Assembly (NCBI RefSeq): GCF_004010195.1
Contig: NC_057711.1
Coordinates: 70,601,018-70,665,017 of the forward strand
Length of the DNA stretch: 64,000 bases
Source: Chiloscyllium plagiosum
Lineage: Eukaryota
Reading direction: 5' to 3'
Shown: positions 50,160 through 63,200 of the stretch, piece by piece
Layout of the letters: every line of letters starts with the position of its first letter
Position numbering within the stretch: position 1 is the first letter of the stretch
Program-made: the position numbers and the translations under genes
The notes under the pieces: generated by a model
The model's input: only the letters and a program-made list of their open reading frames with translations
Database searches by the model: none
Told to the model about the DNA's origin: nothing

Positions 50160-52012
50160 AAGATTGCTTATGAGGGAAATCAGGAGGGCAAAATGGGGAC
50201 ATGAGATAGCTTTGGCAAATAGGGTTAAGGTGAATCCAAAGGGTTTTTACATTAAGGACAAAAGGGTAACTAGGGAGAGAATAGGGTTCCTCAAAGATCA
50301 GCAAGGCAGCCTTTGTGTGGAGCCGCAGGAGATGGGAGAGATACTAAATGAGTATTTTGCATCAGTGTGTACTGTGGAAAAGGACATGGAAGGTATAGCA
50401 TGTTGGGAAATAAATGGTGACATCTTGAAAAATGTCGATATTACAGAAGAGGAAGTGCTGGATGTCTTGAAACGCATAAAAGTGGATAAATGCCCAATAC
50501 ACTAGAGCTCTGTGGTAAGCTAGGGAAGTGATTGATGGGCCCCTTGCTGAGTTATTTATATCATCAGTAGTCACAGATGAGGTGCTGGAAGACTGGAGGT
50601 TGGCTAACATGGTGCCACTGTTTAAGAAAGGTGATAAGAACAATCCAGGGAACTATAGACCGGTGAGCCTGACGTCAGTGGTGGACAGGTTGTTGGAGGG
50701 AATCCTAAGGGACAGGATGTACATGTATTTGAAAAGGCGAGGGCTGATTAGGGATAGTCAACATGGCTTTGTATGTGGGAAATCATATCTCACAAACTTG
50801 TTTGAGTTTCTTGAAGAAGTAACAAAGAGGATTGATGAGAGCGGAGTGGTAGACATGATCTATATGGACTTCAGTTAGGCGCTCGACAAGGTTCCCCATG
50901 GGAGACTGGTTAGCAAGGTTAGATCTCATTGGAATACAGGGAGAACTAGCCATTTGGATACAGAAATGGCTCAAAGGTAGAAGACAGAGGATGGAGGATT
51001 GTTTTTCAGACTGGAGGCCTGTGACCAGTGGAGTGCCACAAGGATCATTACTTTTCATTTATATAAATGATTTGGATGTGAGATTAAGGGGTATAGTTCG
51101 TAAGTTTGTAGATGACACCAAAATTGGAGATGCAGTGGACAGCGAAGAAGGTTATAACGGATTACAACGGGATCTTGATCAAATGAGCCAATGGGCTGAG
51201 GAGTGACAGATGGAGTTTAATCTAGCTAAATGCGAGGTGCTGCATTTTGGGAAAGCAAATCTTAGCAGGACTTGTACCCTTAATGGTAATGTCCAAGGGA
51301 GTGTTGCTGAATGATGAGTCCTTGGAGTGCAGGTTCATAGCTACTTGAAAGTACAGTCGCAGGTAGATAGGATAGTGAAGAAGGTGATTGGTATGCTTTC
51401 CTTTATTGGTCAGAGTATTGAGTACAGGAGTTGGGAGGTCATGTTGCGGCTGTACAGGACATTGGTTCGGCCACTTTTGGAATATTGTGTGCAATTCTGG
51501 TCTCCTTCCTATCGGAAGGATATTGTGAAACTTGAAAGGGTTCAGAAAAGATTTCCAAGGACGTTGATAAGTTTGGTGAATTTGAGCTACAGGGAGAGGT
51601 TGGATAGTCTGGGGCTGTTTTCCCTGGAGCATCGGAGGCTGCTGGGAGACCTATTGTGGTTTATAAAATCATGAAGGGCATGGATAGGCAAGGTCTCTTC
51701 CCTGGCGTGGGGAGTGCAGTACTGGAGGGCATAGGTTTAGGGTGAGAGGGGAAAGATATAAAAGAGACCGAAGGGGCAACTTTTTCACACAGAGGGAGGT
51801 GCGTGTGTGGAATGGGCTGCCAAAGGAAATGATGGAGGTGAGTACAATTGCAGCATTTATAAGGCATCTGGATGGGTACATGAATAGGAAGGGTTTAGAG
51901 GGATATTGGCTGGGGGCTGGCAGGTGGGACTAGATTAGCTTGGGATATCTGGTCAGCATGGACGAGTTGCAATGAAGGTTCTGTTTCCGAGCTGTACATC
52001 TCTATGACTCTA
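50160..52012 (+). mobile_element. CR1-like LINE, 5'-truncated ORF2
   Basis: REIRRAK..NPKGF, PGNYRPVSLTS, DSQHGF, KFVDDTKIG, LLEYCVQFWSP; ctatgactcta tail. Confidence 0.95.
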
Positions 52013-52221
52013 AGTATGTTCAAGCAGTAAATGATGATATCTTATGAGTCCACTTCTAGTCAAAGAGCCAGATGCAGGGTTAGTATGGACATCCTCAGAA
52101 TTTGGCGATTCTTATTATCTCGTTGGTGCTTAAGGGATCTTCTGCAGTTGCTCCACATCCTCTAGCGTGCAGGTCAGATCTCACATGTTTGGCATGGATG
52201 GTCCTCAAATGATAATAGATC

Positions 52222-52566
52222 ATCATAGAATCTTTATAGTGTGGAATCAGACCATTTGGCCCATCAAGTCCACACCGACCCTCAGAAGCGTATCCAACGC
52301 AGACCCATTCCCTTATTACTTTACATTTGCCCCTGACTAATGCACCTAGCCTACATATCCTTAAACACTATGGGCAATTTAGCATCGCCAGTTCACCTAA
52401 CCTGCACATCTTTGGATTGTGGGAGGAAACCAGAGCAACCGGAGGAAACCCACGCAGGCACAGGGAGAATGTGCAAACTCCACACAGTTGCCAAAGGCTA
52501 TAATCAAAACCGGGTCCCTGGTGCTGTGAGGCAGCAGTGCTAACCACTGAGCTGCCCTGCTGCCCC
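52222..52566 (-). mobile_element. HE1-type V-SINE
   Basis: Head, V-domain and tail as in the 46171 copy. Confidence 0.9.
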
Positions 52567-53189
52567 CAAACCCCTGTTGAACCAAGTATTATTGCTCGTC
52601 TCTAGGTGGAAGAGGATGGTTGCACTGTTTCTCTCTCTGAAAGGTCTGCAATTCAGGAATTTCCACTGCTCCTTTCTCACTTTTTATCATTTGTATCCTT
52701 GCTGTTTGAGGACAGAAAGGGCCACCGGGAGGTTGGAGGCTAGTCCAGAAATAACCCAAAGGCGTGGAGTAAATGGTCGACTGTATCAGACTGTTTCTTG
52801 AAGCTGTTAGTAATTTTTTGTTTTATTGCCTATAGTATTTAAAACTGAATTATAAGCTGAAATAACTAGTTTCTAAATGGGAATGAAGATTCAAGATCAA
52901 AAGTAATAAAATACAATTTATATCAATGTTTGAATGAATTTTGTCAAGTTATCATCGAAATTAATCTGTGAGGGCAGTTGAGAGAGTTGACTCTTGCCAA
53001 TCTCAATTTTAGTGCAATGCTGTGGTATCTACTACAGAGATAATAAATATTAGAAACATCCATCATATAGCATTACAGATTTCTTAATGTTCTGGTGCAG
53101 CCTTCATCAGACCTGGCATGACTAACCTGTAGAATTCCTGAAAAATAATTGAAAATGACTCCTATTAGTTTAGTTTCCAATTTGCTTCT

Positions 53190-54290
53190 ATGTTTTATTC
53201 ACTCATGGGACATGGTTGTCGCTGGCTGGCCAGCAATTATTGCCCATGCCTAGTTACATTTTGAAATGTGGTGGTGAACTGTCTTCTTGAATGCTGCAAT
53301 TCACATGCTGTGGGTTGAGCCATAATGCCATTATGGAGTGAATTTCAGGATTTTGACCCAATGACACTGAAAGAACAGTGATCTATTTCCTAGTCAGGAC
53401 AGTGAGTGGCTTGGACGGGAACTTGCAGGTGGTGGTGTTCCCGTGTAACTGCTGCCCTTGATCTTCTATACGGAAGTAGTCATGCGTTTGGAAGGTGCTG
53501 TCTAAAGATTTTTGAATTTCTGTGGTGGTACTGAGAGTCGGTGGTGGAGTGAGTGAGTGTTTGTGAATGTAGTTTCAAGCTGCTTGAGTGTTGTTTGAGC
53601 TGCACCCATCCAGACAAGTGGAGAATATTCCTTGCAGATGATGGCCAGACTCTGGGGAGTCAGGAGGTGAGTTACTCACTGCAGCATTCCTAGCCTCTGA
53701 CCTGCTATTGTGGCCACTTTTTCCAAACATCGGTAGAGTAACCTGTGTTTGTGTGGCGGGTCCGGTTGAGTTTCTGGTTAATGATAACCCACAGAATTTT
53801 GATAGTGAGAGACTCAGTGGTGGTAATACAATTGAATGTCAAGGAGTGGTGGTTAGACCGTCTCTTACAGAAGATGATCATTGCCTGGCATTTGTGTGGC
53901 ACGACTGTTACTTGCCATTTGTCAGCCCAAGCCAGGATATTGTCCAGATCTTGTTGCATTTGAACATGGACTACTTCAGTATTTGAGTAATCACAAATAG
54001 TGCAGAAAATTGTGCAATCATTGGCAAGCATCCCCACTTCTGACCTTATGATGGTGGGTAGGTCATTGATGAAGCAGCTGAAGATGGTTGAGCCCAGGAC
54101 ACTATCCTGAGAAATTCCTGCAGAGATGTCCTGGAGCTGAGGTGACTGACCTCCAACAACCACAACCATCTTCCTGTGTGCCAGATATGACTCCAACCAG
54201 TGAAAATTTGCATTTGATTCCCATTGATTCCAGTTTTGCTAGAGCTCCTCGATTGAATGTGACCTTGATGTCAAGGCCTATCACTCGCCT
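53190..54290 (-). mobile_element. CR1/L2-clade LINE RT C-terminus and 3' tail
   Basis: ORF 53705-54196 SYLAHRKMVVVVGGQ..SVLGSTIFSCFINDL..MLANDCT (decayed FADD). Confidence 0.88.
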
Positions 54291-55646
54291 GACCTTCCTT
54301 CTGTATGTATTTTCTTTTTTATTCCCTAATGTGATTCATTGACTATAGGTTGAATTTTACAATCCCTTTGTCAGCCATGTTTTGCAGAGCGAAGCAGATA
54401 ATGGACCAAATATTGTTTGAGGGCTCCTCTTTGGATTTTCTCAAGGATTACTTTTAGATTTTCAGGGACTAGTCTTTGGTTTTTAGAAGCTATATTTTCA
54501 TTCTTATTAATTCCTTTATTCGATGAAGTGGTCACTTGGTAACAATATGCTTTGGCATTGGATATTTGGATCCATGCAGAAACATAATTTGTAGAATTCA
54601 TCACTGCCCTCAATAATCAATTCCCCATTAAATTTAAAGCCACAACACAATTAAGGCATTACTTTGCTAGATACCACAGTATGTAAATTGGTACAAGACA
54701 ACAGGAATACACGAAGAACAAAAGTTTTTTTTCCAAAATAATTTGCATACTTCTGTATGCAGAAGCGATAACCCTGAATACATCTTCCAGATGGGTGACA
54801 TCGCAGGTAGTGTGCTTCCATCACATAATATTGCTACCTTTTTTACTGCATCACAGACTGCAATCTCTGATTTTAAATTTAAGAGTTCACACTGTCTTTG
54901 CAAAGAGCCAATTACCTCAGTGATGTAAAGTTTTATTGCTTCCCACTTATCAGTGTTCTTTTTTTGTTGTTGATAGCTGCTAAACTGTCAGTCACCACCA
55001 TCTCTGCCCCACCCAAAACCTATCATGTAGTCTCTTCCACCCATAACCCTTTCGCATCTCTCCCACCTAACCTCACACCCATCGTGCAGCCTCTTCTTCC
55101 CCGCACCATAGCTCCCTTGCAGTTGTTGTTTTCCCCCTATTCTTACTGTGTATTTCTTTCTCTCCCTGCACAATCTTCATTCATGACCTCTCCTGCTCCA
55201 ATGCTCCTGATAAATGGTCCATACCCTGTAACTATGAGATGGAACTCCTGCCCTTAGCTAATGGTCCCTTGATCCCAGTCTTGGCTGAAGTAACTCCCTC
55301 AGGAGTTCTTCCACTGTAATCCTAGCAGTCTTTCCTAGCTACTTCTCCAGTCATGATCTAGTTCTCTGTCATGCTTGCTGTTAAAAGGTTCAGATTGAGA
55401 GCAAAAAAATTGCAATTGGCTCACCCTTCCTTCCTTTTTTTTATTTATGAGGGTAGATTTTCTCTTATTGATCACTCATGTGTAAGTTGTGTGCTATGGT
55501 TTGCAGATTTTTGGGGGGCAGATTCACTGCCCCTGGGTACCTTGAGGAACACTTCTAAACAAGTCCCTTTGAGAGGAGATGTGTGTGTGCCATTTTTCCA
55601 ACAATAGTTAACAGCCAATTAAGATTGTTAGTGAACCAGTTGACTT

Positions 55647-55972
55647 TAGATTAGATTAGATTCTCTACAGTGTGGAAACAGGCCCTTCGGCCCAACAAGT
55701 CCACACTGCCCCTCTGAAGAGAACCCCACCCAAACCCATTCCCCTACCCTATCTTTACCCCTGACTAACACACCTAACAATGTGGGCAATTTAGCATGGC
55801 CAATTCACCTGACCTGCACATCTTTGGATTGTGGGAGGAAACCAGAGCACCTGGAGGAAACCCACGCAGACACAGGGCAAATGTGCAAACTCCACACAGA
55901 CAGGCTGGAATCGAACCAGGACCCTGGTGCTGTGAGGCAGCAGTGCTAACCACTGAGCCACCGTGCTGCCCC
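55647..55972 (-). mobile_element. HE1-type V-SINE
   Basis: (ttaga)n tail, V-domain, tRNA-like head. Confidence 0.92.
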
Positions 55973-56859
55973 ATAGTATGCTGCCTATACCATAAAATGG
56001 TGCGGACATCTGCGTGAAATCCAGATGGTTCCTTTCTAAAATAATTCTGGCAAAGGCAGGAGGGGGCCAGTCCCTCTTTTGCTGGGTGCCTTGAGTGCAT
56101 CAGGACCCCCACATCCCCAACATATTCTTGCTTGCCTGGTCCCCAAACGCCACATTCTGCCTTCTCCTGACCCTCAGTTGCTGTCACATTTCTCTGTGGG
56201 CAGCAGTTTTGGTGCTGATGGGACAGGCAGAGTCACTGGCCATTCGGATCAACCGACAATACTTAGGAGTGGGACTTCCATTCAGAAGCAGAAGTCTGAC
56301 CCTCCCTCACTCCATCTCAGAGTGGCTGATGGATCAGGGAAACTCCGTCCTAAAGGCTCATCTAATCTTTGGTTGTCTTATTATTGATAAAATCTATGGG
56401 TAATCTTACTGGCCCTTACAACACTACAGTAATGCATCCTTGAACAGGAACAAACAGCAAGACTACTGGGCTGCAGCTCAGATGTAGTGAAATCAAACCC
56501 ATAAAATAAGAAAGCTTTGAACAAGTAAGACGGCATAGCATACTACAGATTTTATAGTGCAATTTATTTTTCAAAGCTCTCAAGACTAACCCCTATATGT
56601 TCCTTGCTTTTAGGATTGTTGGCATGGTTAATGGTCTGGCTTTTTGTTGTGTCTGAGTAGATACAGTTGGAGTCAAAAAGCCTGATGCAACTACTATTTA
56701 TACCAGGATCCTGAATATATACTGGCTATGTTTGACCACTGATCACAGTTGAGCAAAGAAAAGAAATTTCAAGAGGATAAGTTTTCAATGGAACTGTTGG
56801 CATTCATTTTGATTGCATTTGTTGCAGTGTTATAGAACTGCTGCAAAAGCAGACCAGTA

Positions 56860-57185
56860 ATGGGGAGGTGATGGCCTAGTGGTATTATTGCTGGACTATT
56901 AACCCAGAGACCCAGATAATGTTCTGAGGAACTGGGTTGGAATCCTGCCGCAGCAAATGGTGGAATTTTCATTCAATCTGGAATTGAGAATCTAATGATG
57001 ACCATGAATCCATTCTCAAATGTCGGAAAAACCCATCTGGTTCACTCATGTCCTTTTAGGGAAGGAAGCTGCCATCCTTACCCGGTCTGGCCTTCAGGCA
57101 CAAAGCGAGGTGCTTGATATTTTAGGGATGGGCAACAAATGCTGTCCAGCCAGTGATGCCTTCATCCTGTAAATGAATAAAAAAG
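56860..57185 (+). mobile_element. tRNA-derived SINE with LINE-like tail
   Basis: TGGCCTAGTGG A box, GGGTTGGAATCC B-box-like, tail ending aatgaataaaaaa. Confidence 0.85.
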
Positions 57186-57837
57186 CTAAAGTCTTTCATG
57201 TCACTATTTTGGTGGTCTTTCCTTGTACCACCAGAATCAACCAATCTGAATGTGAGTGCTCCAAGCAAGCATTAAGCTCTGAGCCACTTTGGTTAGTGTG
57301 GACCTTCTGTCTGAAAGGAAGGCCTGAATACAGAAAATGGAAGTTGTGGTTTTTATTTTACAGCACTTTATTTCCTCAGAATTTCTAAGACTCTGAATTC
57401 TTTTTATAGAATACACATTACAGAACCAATTCAATTGTAGCAGTAATTACATAGTCGTATTCAATTTCCATAATATGCTAACTGTTTAAGAATTCTTGTA
57501 TTCCATGACATTATTAATTTGTGATGAGAACTTCTGTAAGGACTGTCTTTAGATTTCATCTAATTCAGCAGTGAGCCGGAAATAGAATTGGAAAACGTTA
57601 ACCTCCACACTGTTTCTTCCTTATAAATGAAAACATAGAAAACAATAACATTTTTTACAATAATAAACTTAGGTTGCATATTAATCAGCTGTGTTCATGA
57701 ACTCTGACATAACTTCTCATTGTCTGACCTGGCTAAATGTGAACCTGTAAGCTCTGATCTGATCTACACTTGTCAGTGCTGCAAGGCTTTCAATTGACAG
57801 GGAAAGTTAACTTTGATCGATACAAGTGGAAGTTTTG

Positions 57838-57927
57838 ATGAAAGGTTTATGCCTGAAACGTCAATTCTTCTGCTCCTCAGATGCTGCCTGACCTGCTCTG
57901 CTTTTCTAACGCCGCCCTTTTCGACTT
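57838..57927 (+). mobile_element. Short PLE 3'-end insertion beginning inside the hammerhead core
   Basis: (t)gatgaaagg..cctgaaacgtc..gatgctgcctgacctgct; flanking gaagttttg at 57829-57837 and 57928-57936. Confidence 0.7.
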
Positions 57928-59584
57928 GAAGTTTTGTAATTGAAAAATAAGGAACACCAGTCATTAAAATTGCATTTTATTATCTTCCAAGAGTACATCA
58001 GAAACTGAATTCAGCGAGTACCTGTGAGATGTATTATAAGAAGGTATCATGTTCACTCAATTGGTCTGTAACAAATTCGTACCTTACCTGGAACAGCAGT
58101 GAGCTAATGACAACTAGCCCTGACTCACTTGGGATAGAGAGGGGAGCATCAACCAGGGTTCTGTGCATCACTGTCTACTACCATCTGCTGGAAATACATT
58201 GCATCTATTTGCATAAAGGTTGGCGATGATATGCCAGCAGTCAAATAACTACTCCTTCACACACTCATATATGACTCCAGCCAATGGAGAGTTTGCCCCC
58301 CTGATTCCCAATGATGGATTGAGCTTATCAATGAACACTTTCATCGACATTGACCTCCAACAACTTTTAATATTTTCAGGATAAGATTCCAGCCAGTGGA
58401 GAGTTTTACCTTTTGTTACCATTGAGTTTAGATGCCACGGCTCCTTGATGCTATACTTGGTCAAATACAGTCTTGGATGTCAAAGAGAATCATATTCCCG
58501 ACCTCTGAAATTCATCTCCTTTGTCCATGTTTGAACCAATACTGTGATGAGGTCAGGAACTGAGTGACCCAGTTAAAAAGTATATTTGGGTAAAACCATT
58601 GAAGGTGTTATTTGAAGCTGAGAAATTCTAAGCTCAGTCGTGTAACTAATCAAGAAAAAGACTTCCCAAGCGATCAAAACTGGGAATTAAAAGAAGCACT
58701 AAAGTTAACCCTATAGACATCATAGAGAAATGAGCTACCTCTGATATTTGTAAAGTGATTGTGTCCTTTGAAATCTTTCAAATTGTGTTGTATTGCAAAT
58801 AGCTTGGATTATTTTGTCATCTTTTCTTTTGTCTAATAAACATTGTTCAACCCAAATCTATCAGGATAGATTTCAGTCTGAAATCTAACTTGTCCAGTAA
58901 TAATATCAGCTTAACTATAGCATAAGGATACTAGGAAGAAGATACCAAGCAGGATAGTACTCCTGCCATGCAGGGAGCTGGATGGAGCCAGTGCAGGACG
59001 CAGAGCTCCCAACAAGGTGAACAAATACCAGAGGACCTCTGATTCGGGCATGGTTCGCCAACAGAATTGCAAACTTGGGCAGTCATTTTGATTTGCCTGT
59101 GGAAATGCATCCATTAAATACTCTTGTGTGACAGGGCACCTACTTGCCTTTCCAAACAGAACAAGCACCATGTACCACCACTCCCAACCAAACTGAACGG
59201 ATGCAGCAACACTCTCTGGGTGGCAAGTCCAGGAACTCAGTAGCTCCAGACATTGCACAGTAGAAAGAGTAAATGCAGAAAACGTCACATTAATTAAAAT
59301 TTAGCCACCTGCCCCTTAAATAATCTCTGTCGCAGGGTCCACCTTGTGGTAAGGCACATGTTGTTTCCAGAATGCTTCATGAAGTTGTCACCTAATTAAG
59401 GATCTTGGATTCACAGCAACAGGATGGACAGTGGACTGTTGATGTTGTTGATTTGAAGCTTTCTTTTGCATGCTGTGTACACACTGCTTTGGAGAACAGT
59501 GTGCAATTTCGTTCAGAGACTAATGTGAGGCACTCCACAGAAGCAGAGCTAATTGCCAAGCAGGAGAATTTTGTGGTCCTCTTA

Positions 59585-61100
59585 GACCATGAGACCATAA
59601 GACATAGAAGCAGAATTAGTCCACTTGGCCCATTTGAGCTTTCTCTGCTATTTGATCATGGCTGATAAATTTCTCAACCCCATTCTCTTGTCTTCTCTCT
59701 GCAACAGTTGATCTCCTCACCAACCAAGAACGTATCTATTTCTGTCTTAATGACTTGACCTCCATATAGTGAGTTCCACAGATTCACCATCCTCTGGCTG
59801 AAGAAATTCCTCGTCATCTCAGTTCTAAAGGGTCATCCCTTCATTCTGAAGCTGTACCCCATGGTTCCTAGTCTTACCTACTCATGGAAACAACATCTCC
59901 ACATCCACTCTATCCAGGCATCTCAGTATTCTGTAAGCTTCAATTTGATTTCCCCTGCCATCCTTCTAAATTCTGTCCAAACTGTACAACTGAGTACAGA
60001 CCCAGAGTCTTCAACAGACATGATCAGCCCTTTATTCCCAGGACCATTCTTGTGAACCTCCAACATCCTTTCTTTGATACGAGGCCCAAAACTGCTCACA
60101 GTATTCCAAATATGGTCTGACCGGAGAGGTAAAAACCTCAGCAGTATATCTCTGCTGTTGAAATCTAGCCATCTTGTAATGAATACTAACATTTCATTTG
60201 CCTTCCTAACTGCCAACTCAACCTGTATGTTAACCTTAAAAGAATCCTGAACTAGGACTTCCAAGTCTCTTTGTGCTTCCCAGCCCTTCCCTGTTCAGAA
60301 AGTAATCTACTCCTTTATTCTTCCTACCAAAGTGTGTAACCTCAGACTTTCCCACGTTATACTTCATCTGCCAATTCTTTGCCCACTCTCCTAGCCTGTT
60401 CAGGCCCTTGTGCGGCCTCCCCAGTTCCTCAACATTACCTGTACCGAAATGTATTTTTATGTCACCTACAAACTTAACAACAATTTCCTCAGGTCCTTCA
60501 TCCCGATCATTAATGTACAACATGAATAATTGTAGCCCAATACTGTCCCCTACCAAACCCCACAAACTGCCATCCTGAAAAAGCCCCCTTTATCCCTACT
60601 GTCTGCTTTCTCTCAGTTAACCAATCCTCTATCCGTGCCAGTACCTTTTCCCCTAACACCATGGGCCCTTATTTAGCAACCTCCTGTGCGACACCTTGTC
60701 AAAGGCCTTATGGAAATCCAAGGAGATCAAAGTCTGCTGGCTCTCCTGTGTTGAACTTACCCATTACCCCTCAAAGAATTCTAACAGATTTGTCAGACAT
60801 GACCTTGCCTTGACAAAACTATGTTGTCTCAGCTCTGTTTTACCATGTACTCCCAAGTGTCCATAATCTCATGCTTAATATTGGATGCTAAAACCTTACC
60901 AAACATCGAGGTCTGATTAATTATCCTATAGTTTCCCTGCCTTCTGCCTCCTTCCTTTCTTAAACAGGGATATTACATAAGCCATTCGTCAGTCTTTAAC
61001 ATCGTTCCTGACTCCAGTGATTCCTGAAAGATCACCGCCAATGCAATTTCCTCAGCGATGTCTTTCAGTCCGTCTGGTCTAAGTGATTTATCCTTTGTCC
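59585..61100 (-). mobile_element. CR1-like LINE, 5'-truncated ORF2
   Basis: LYINDRDEG..KFVGDIKI..EWAKNWQMKYNVGK; ALAVIFQESLESG; gaccat repeat tail. Confidence 0.9.
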
Positions 61101-61696
61101 CCAACCCTCTTGAAGTTCTGGTATGCTGCTGGTGTCTTGCACCCTTGTTTTTGTTGTACTTAATTGGAACTAGTCTTGTGCTTACTTGAGTTGATTGTGA
61201 GAACAGACGTGATGAGAAAAAACTATCTGTCCAAAAAATACAAATCTGCCTAATACAAGGCTGTTGAAACTGTGGTTCATAAGCTATACCTGGGCTAGAA
61301 GCCAAGGTACTATAAATGTACTTTCACTTCTTGTTAATTTGTCTTGTTTGAATGTTGCTGGCTGGAAGCTTGGATGAGGCTGTTCCAGCAACATTTCCTC
61401 ATTGGTGGATTAATCTAAAATCGAAAAACCAACTCTATTAACATGTATCACTTCTCTCCTAAGTGTTTTTGGACAGACATTCATATTGATTTTTTACTCA
61501 CTTCAATTGAGGTTTAAGTTCTGCTTTCTTGGTTTACTTCTGACAACTAATTCTGGTTTATCCAGCCTTTCAAAATCCATGTACACCAAATCAACAGCCT
61601 TGCCCCCTTCACCCTCTCTGTTATCTATTCAAAAGTACTGCATGTTACTAAGACATGATTTGCAATAACAAATTTGCGTTGGCTCTTCCAAATTAA

Positions 61697-62192
61697 GTAA
61701 AAGGGGTAAAAACAATCACTGCAGATGCTGGAAACCAGGTTCTGGATTAGTGGTGCTGGAAGAGCACTGCAGTTCAGGCAGCATCCGAGGAACAGTAAAA
61801 TCGATGTTTTGGGCAAAAGCCCTTCATCAGGAATAAAGGCAGAGAGCCTGAATTGATGCCCTGGGGTTGAAGTGTTCCGAGGCAGAAGATGAGGCGTTCT
61901 TCCTCCAGGCGTCTGTTGGTGAAAGAGGCCCAGGACCTCTGTGTCCTCGGCAGAGTGGGAGGGGGAGTTGAAATGTTGGCCACAGGGCGGTGTGGTTGAT
62001 TGGTGCGGGTGCCCCAGAAATGTTCCCTAAAGTGCTCTGCTAGGAAGGCGCCAGTCTCCCCAACGTAGACGAGACCGCATCGGGAGCAATGGATACAATA
62101 AATGATATTAGTGGATGTGCAGGTAAAATTTTGGATGTGCAAGGCTCCTTTAGGACCTTGGATGGAGGTGTGGGAGGTGGTGTGGGCGCAGG
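61697..62192 (-). mobile_element. 5'-truncated Penelope-like element: GIY-YIG endonuclease and 3' terminal repeat with decayed hammerhead (~61798-61833)
   Basis: ORF 61774-62142 FTCTSTNIIYCIHCSRCGLVYVGET...FREH...EERLIFCLGTLQPQGIN. Minus strand ttcCTGATGAagggcttttgcccAAAAcatcg. TSD TCTTCCAAATTAA at 61684-61696 and 62193-62205. Confidence 0.92.
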
Positions 62193-62569
62193 TCTTCCAA
62201 ATTAACTTTTCTCCATGTGGCGATTAATCCTACCCTGAATAATTGTTTCCAGAAGTTTTCCCAGCACAGATGTTAATCTGACTGGTCTGTAACTGCTGGA
62301 CTTATCTTCAAGCTTTTTAAAATAAAGTTGTAATGTCACAAGGCCTACAATTCTCCAGTCCTCCTGCACCATCCCAGAGTCCAGGAAGATTTGAAGGTCA
62401 TTGACAGTGCCTCTGCAATTTCCACTTTCAATTCCTTCAATATCCTACATGCATCTTGTTCAGTTCCCAGTGTTCTTATCAATGTATTTATTACCAGTTT
62501 ATCAAATACCATCTCCTTATCAATTTTAATCCTTCTAGAGCCTTTTTTTAAAAAAAAAATGGGATTTGA

Positions 62570-63200
62570 GAGTTGACAGAGTGACCCTTGAGAAGATGAT
62601 GCTGAGCTGGCTGAAATCCATTTGCAGTCGGTAGACCTGCAATGCCATTACAGATGGAATTCCAGGATTTTGACCCAACAATGCTGAAGGAATGGCAGTC
62701 TGTTTCCAAGACAGGATGGTGAATATCTTAAAGGGGGAGCTCGTGGTGTTTTCATGTATCTGCTGCCCTTGTCCTTTTTGATGGCAGTGGGTGTAGGTTT
62801 GGAAGATGATATCTGAAGAAGCTTGATGAGTTCTCGCAGTGCATCTTATAGATGGTGCGCATTGTTGTATTGAATGTCAGTGATGGAAAGAGGTAAAGTT
62901 TATGGATGTGGTCCAAATCAAATGGGCTACTGTGTCCTGAATCGTTTTCAGGTTTTTTGAATGCCTTTGGAGCTCATTCATCCAGGAAGTTGGAGTATTC
63001 CATCACACTATTTGCTTATTCCTTGGAGTGTAGACAAGCATCCTAGCTTCTGACCTGCCCTTGTAGCTACATTATTTACGTGGCTAATCTAGTTCAGTTT
63101 CTGGTCAGTCAACAGTGACTCCCAGAAGGTTCAGTAGCGCTGGTGAGGTGATAGTAATCCAATTGACAGACAAAATTAGCAACAGTTAGATTCTCTCTTG
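62570..63200 (-). mobile_element. CR1/L2-clade LINE 3' fragment
   Basis: ttccaggattttgaccca...caggatggtga; matches the 33660 and 53190 copies. Confidence 0.75.
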
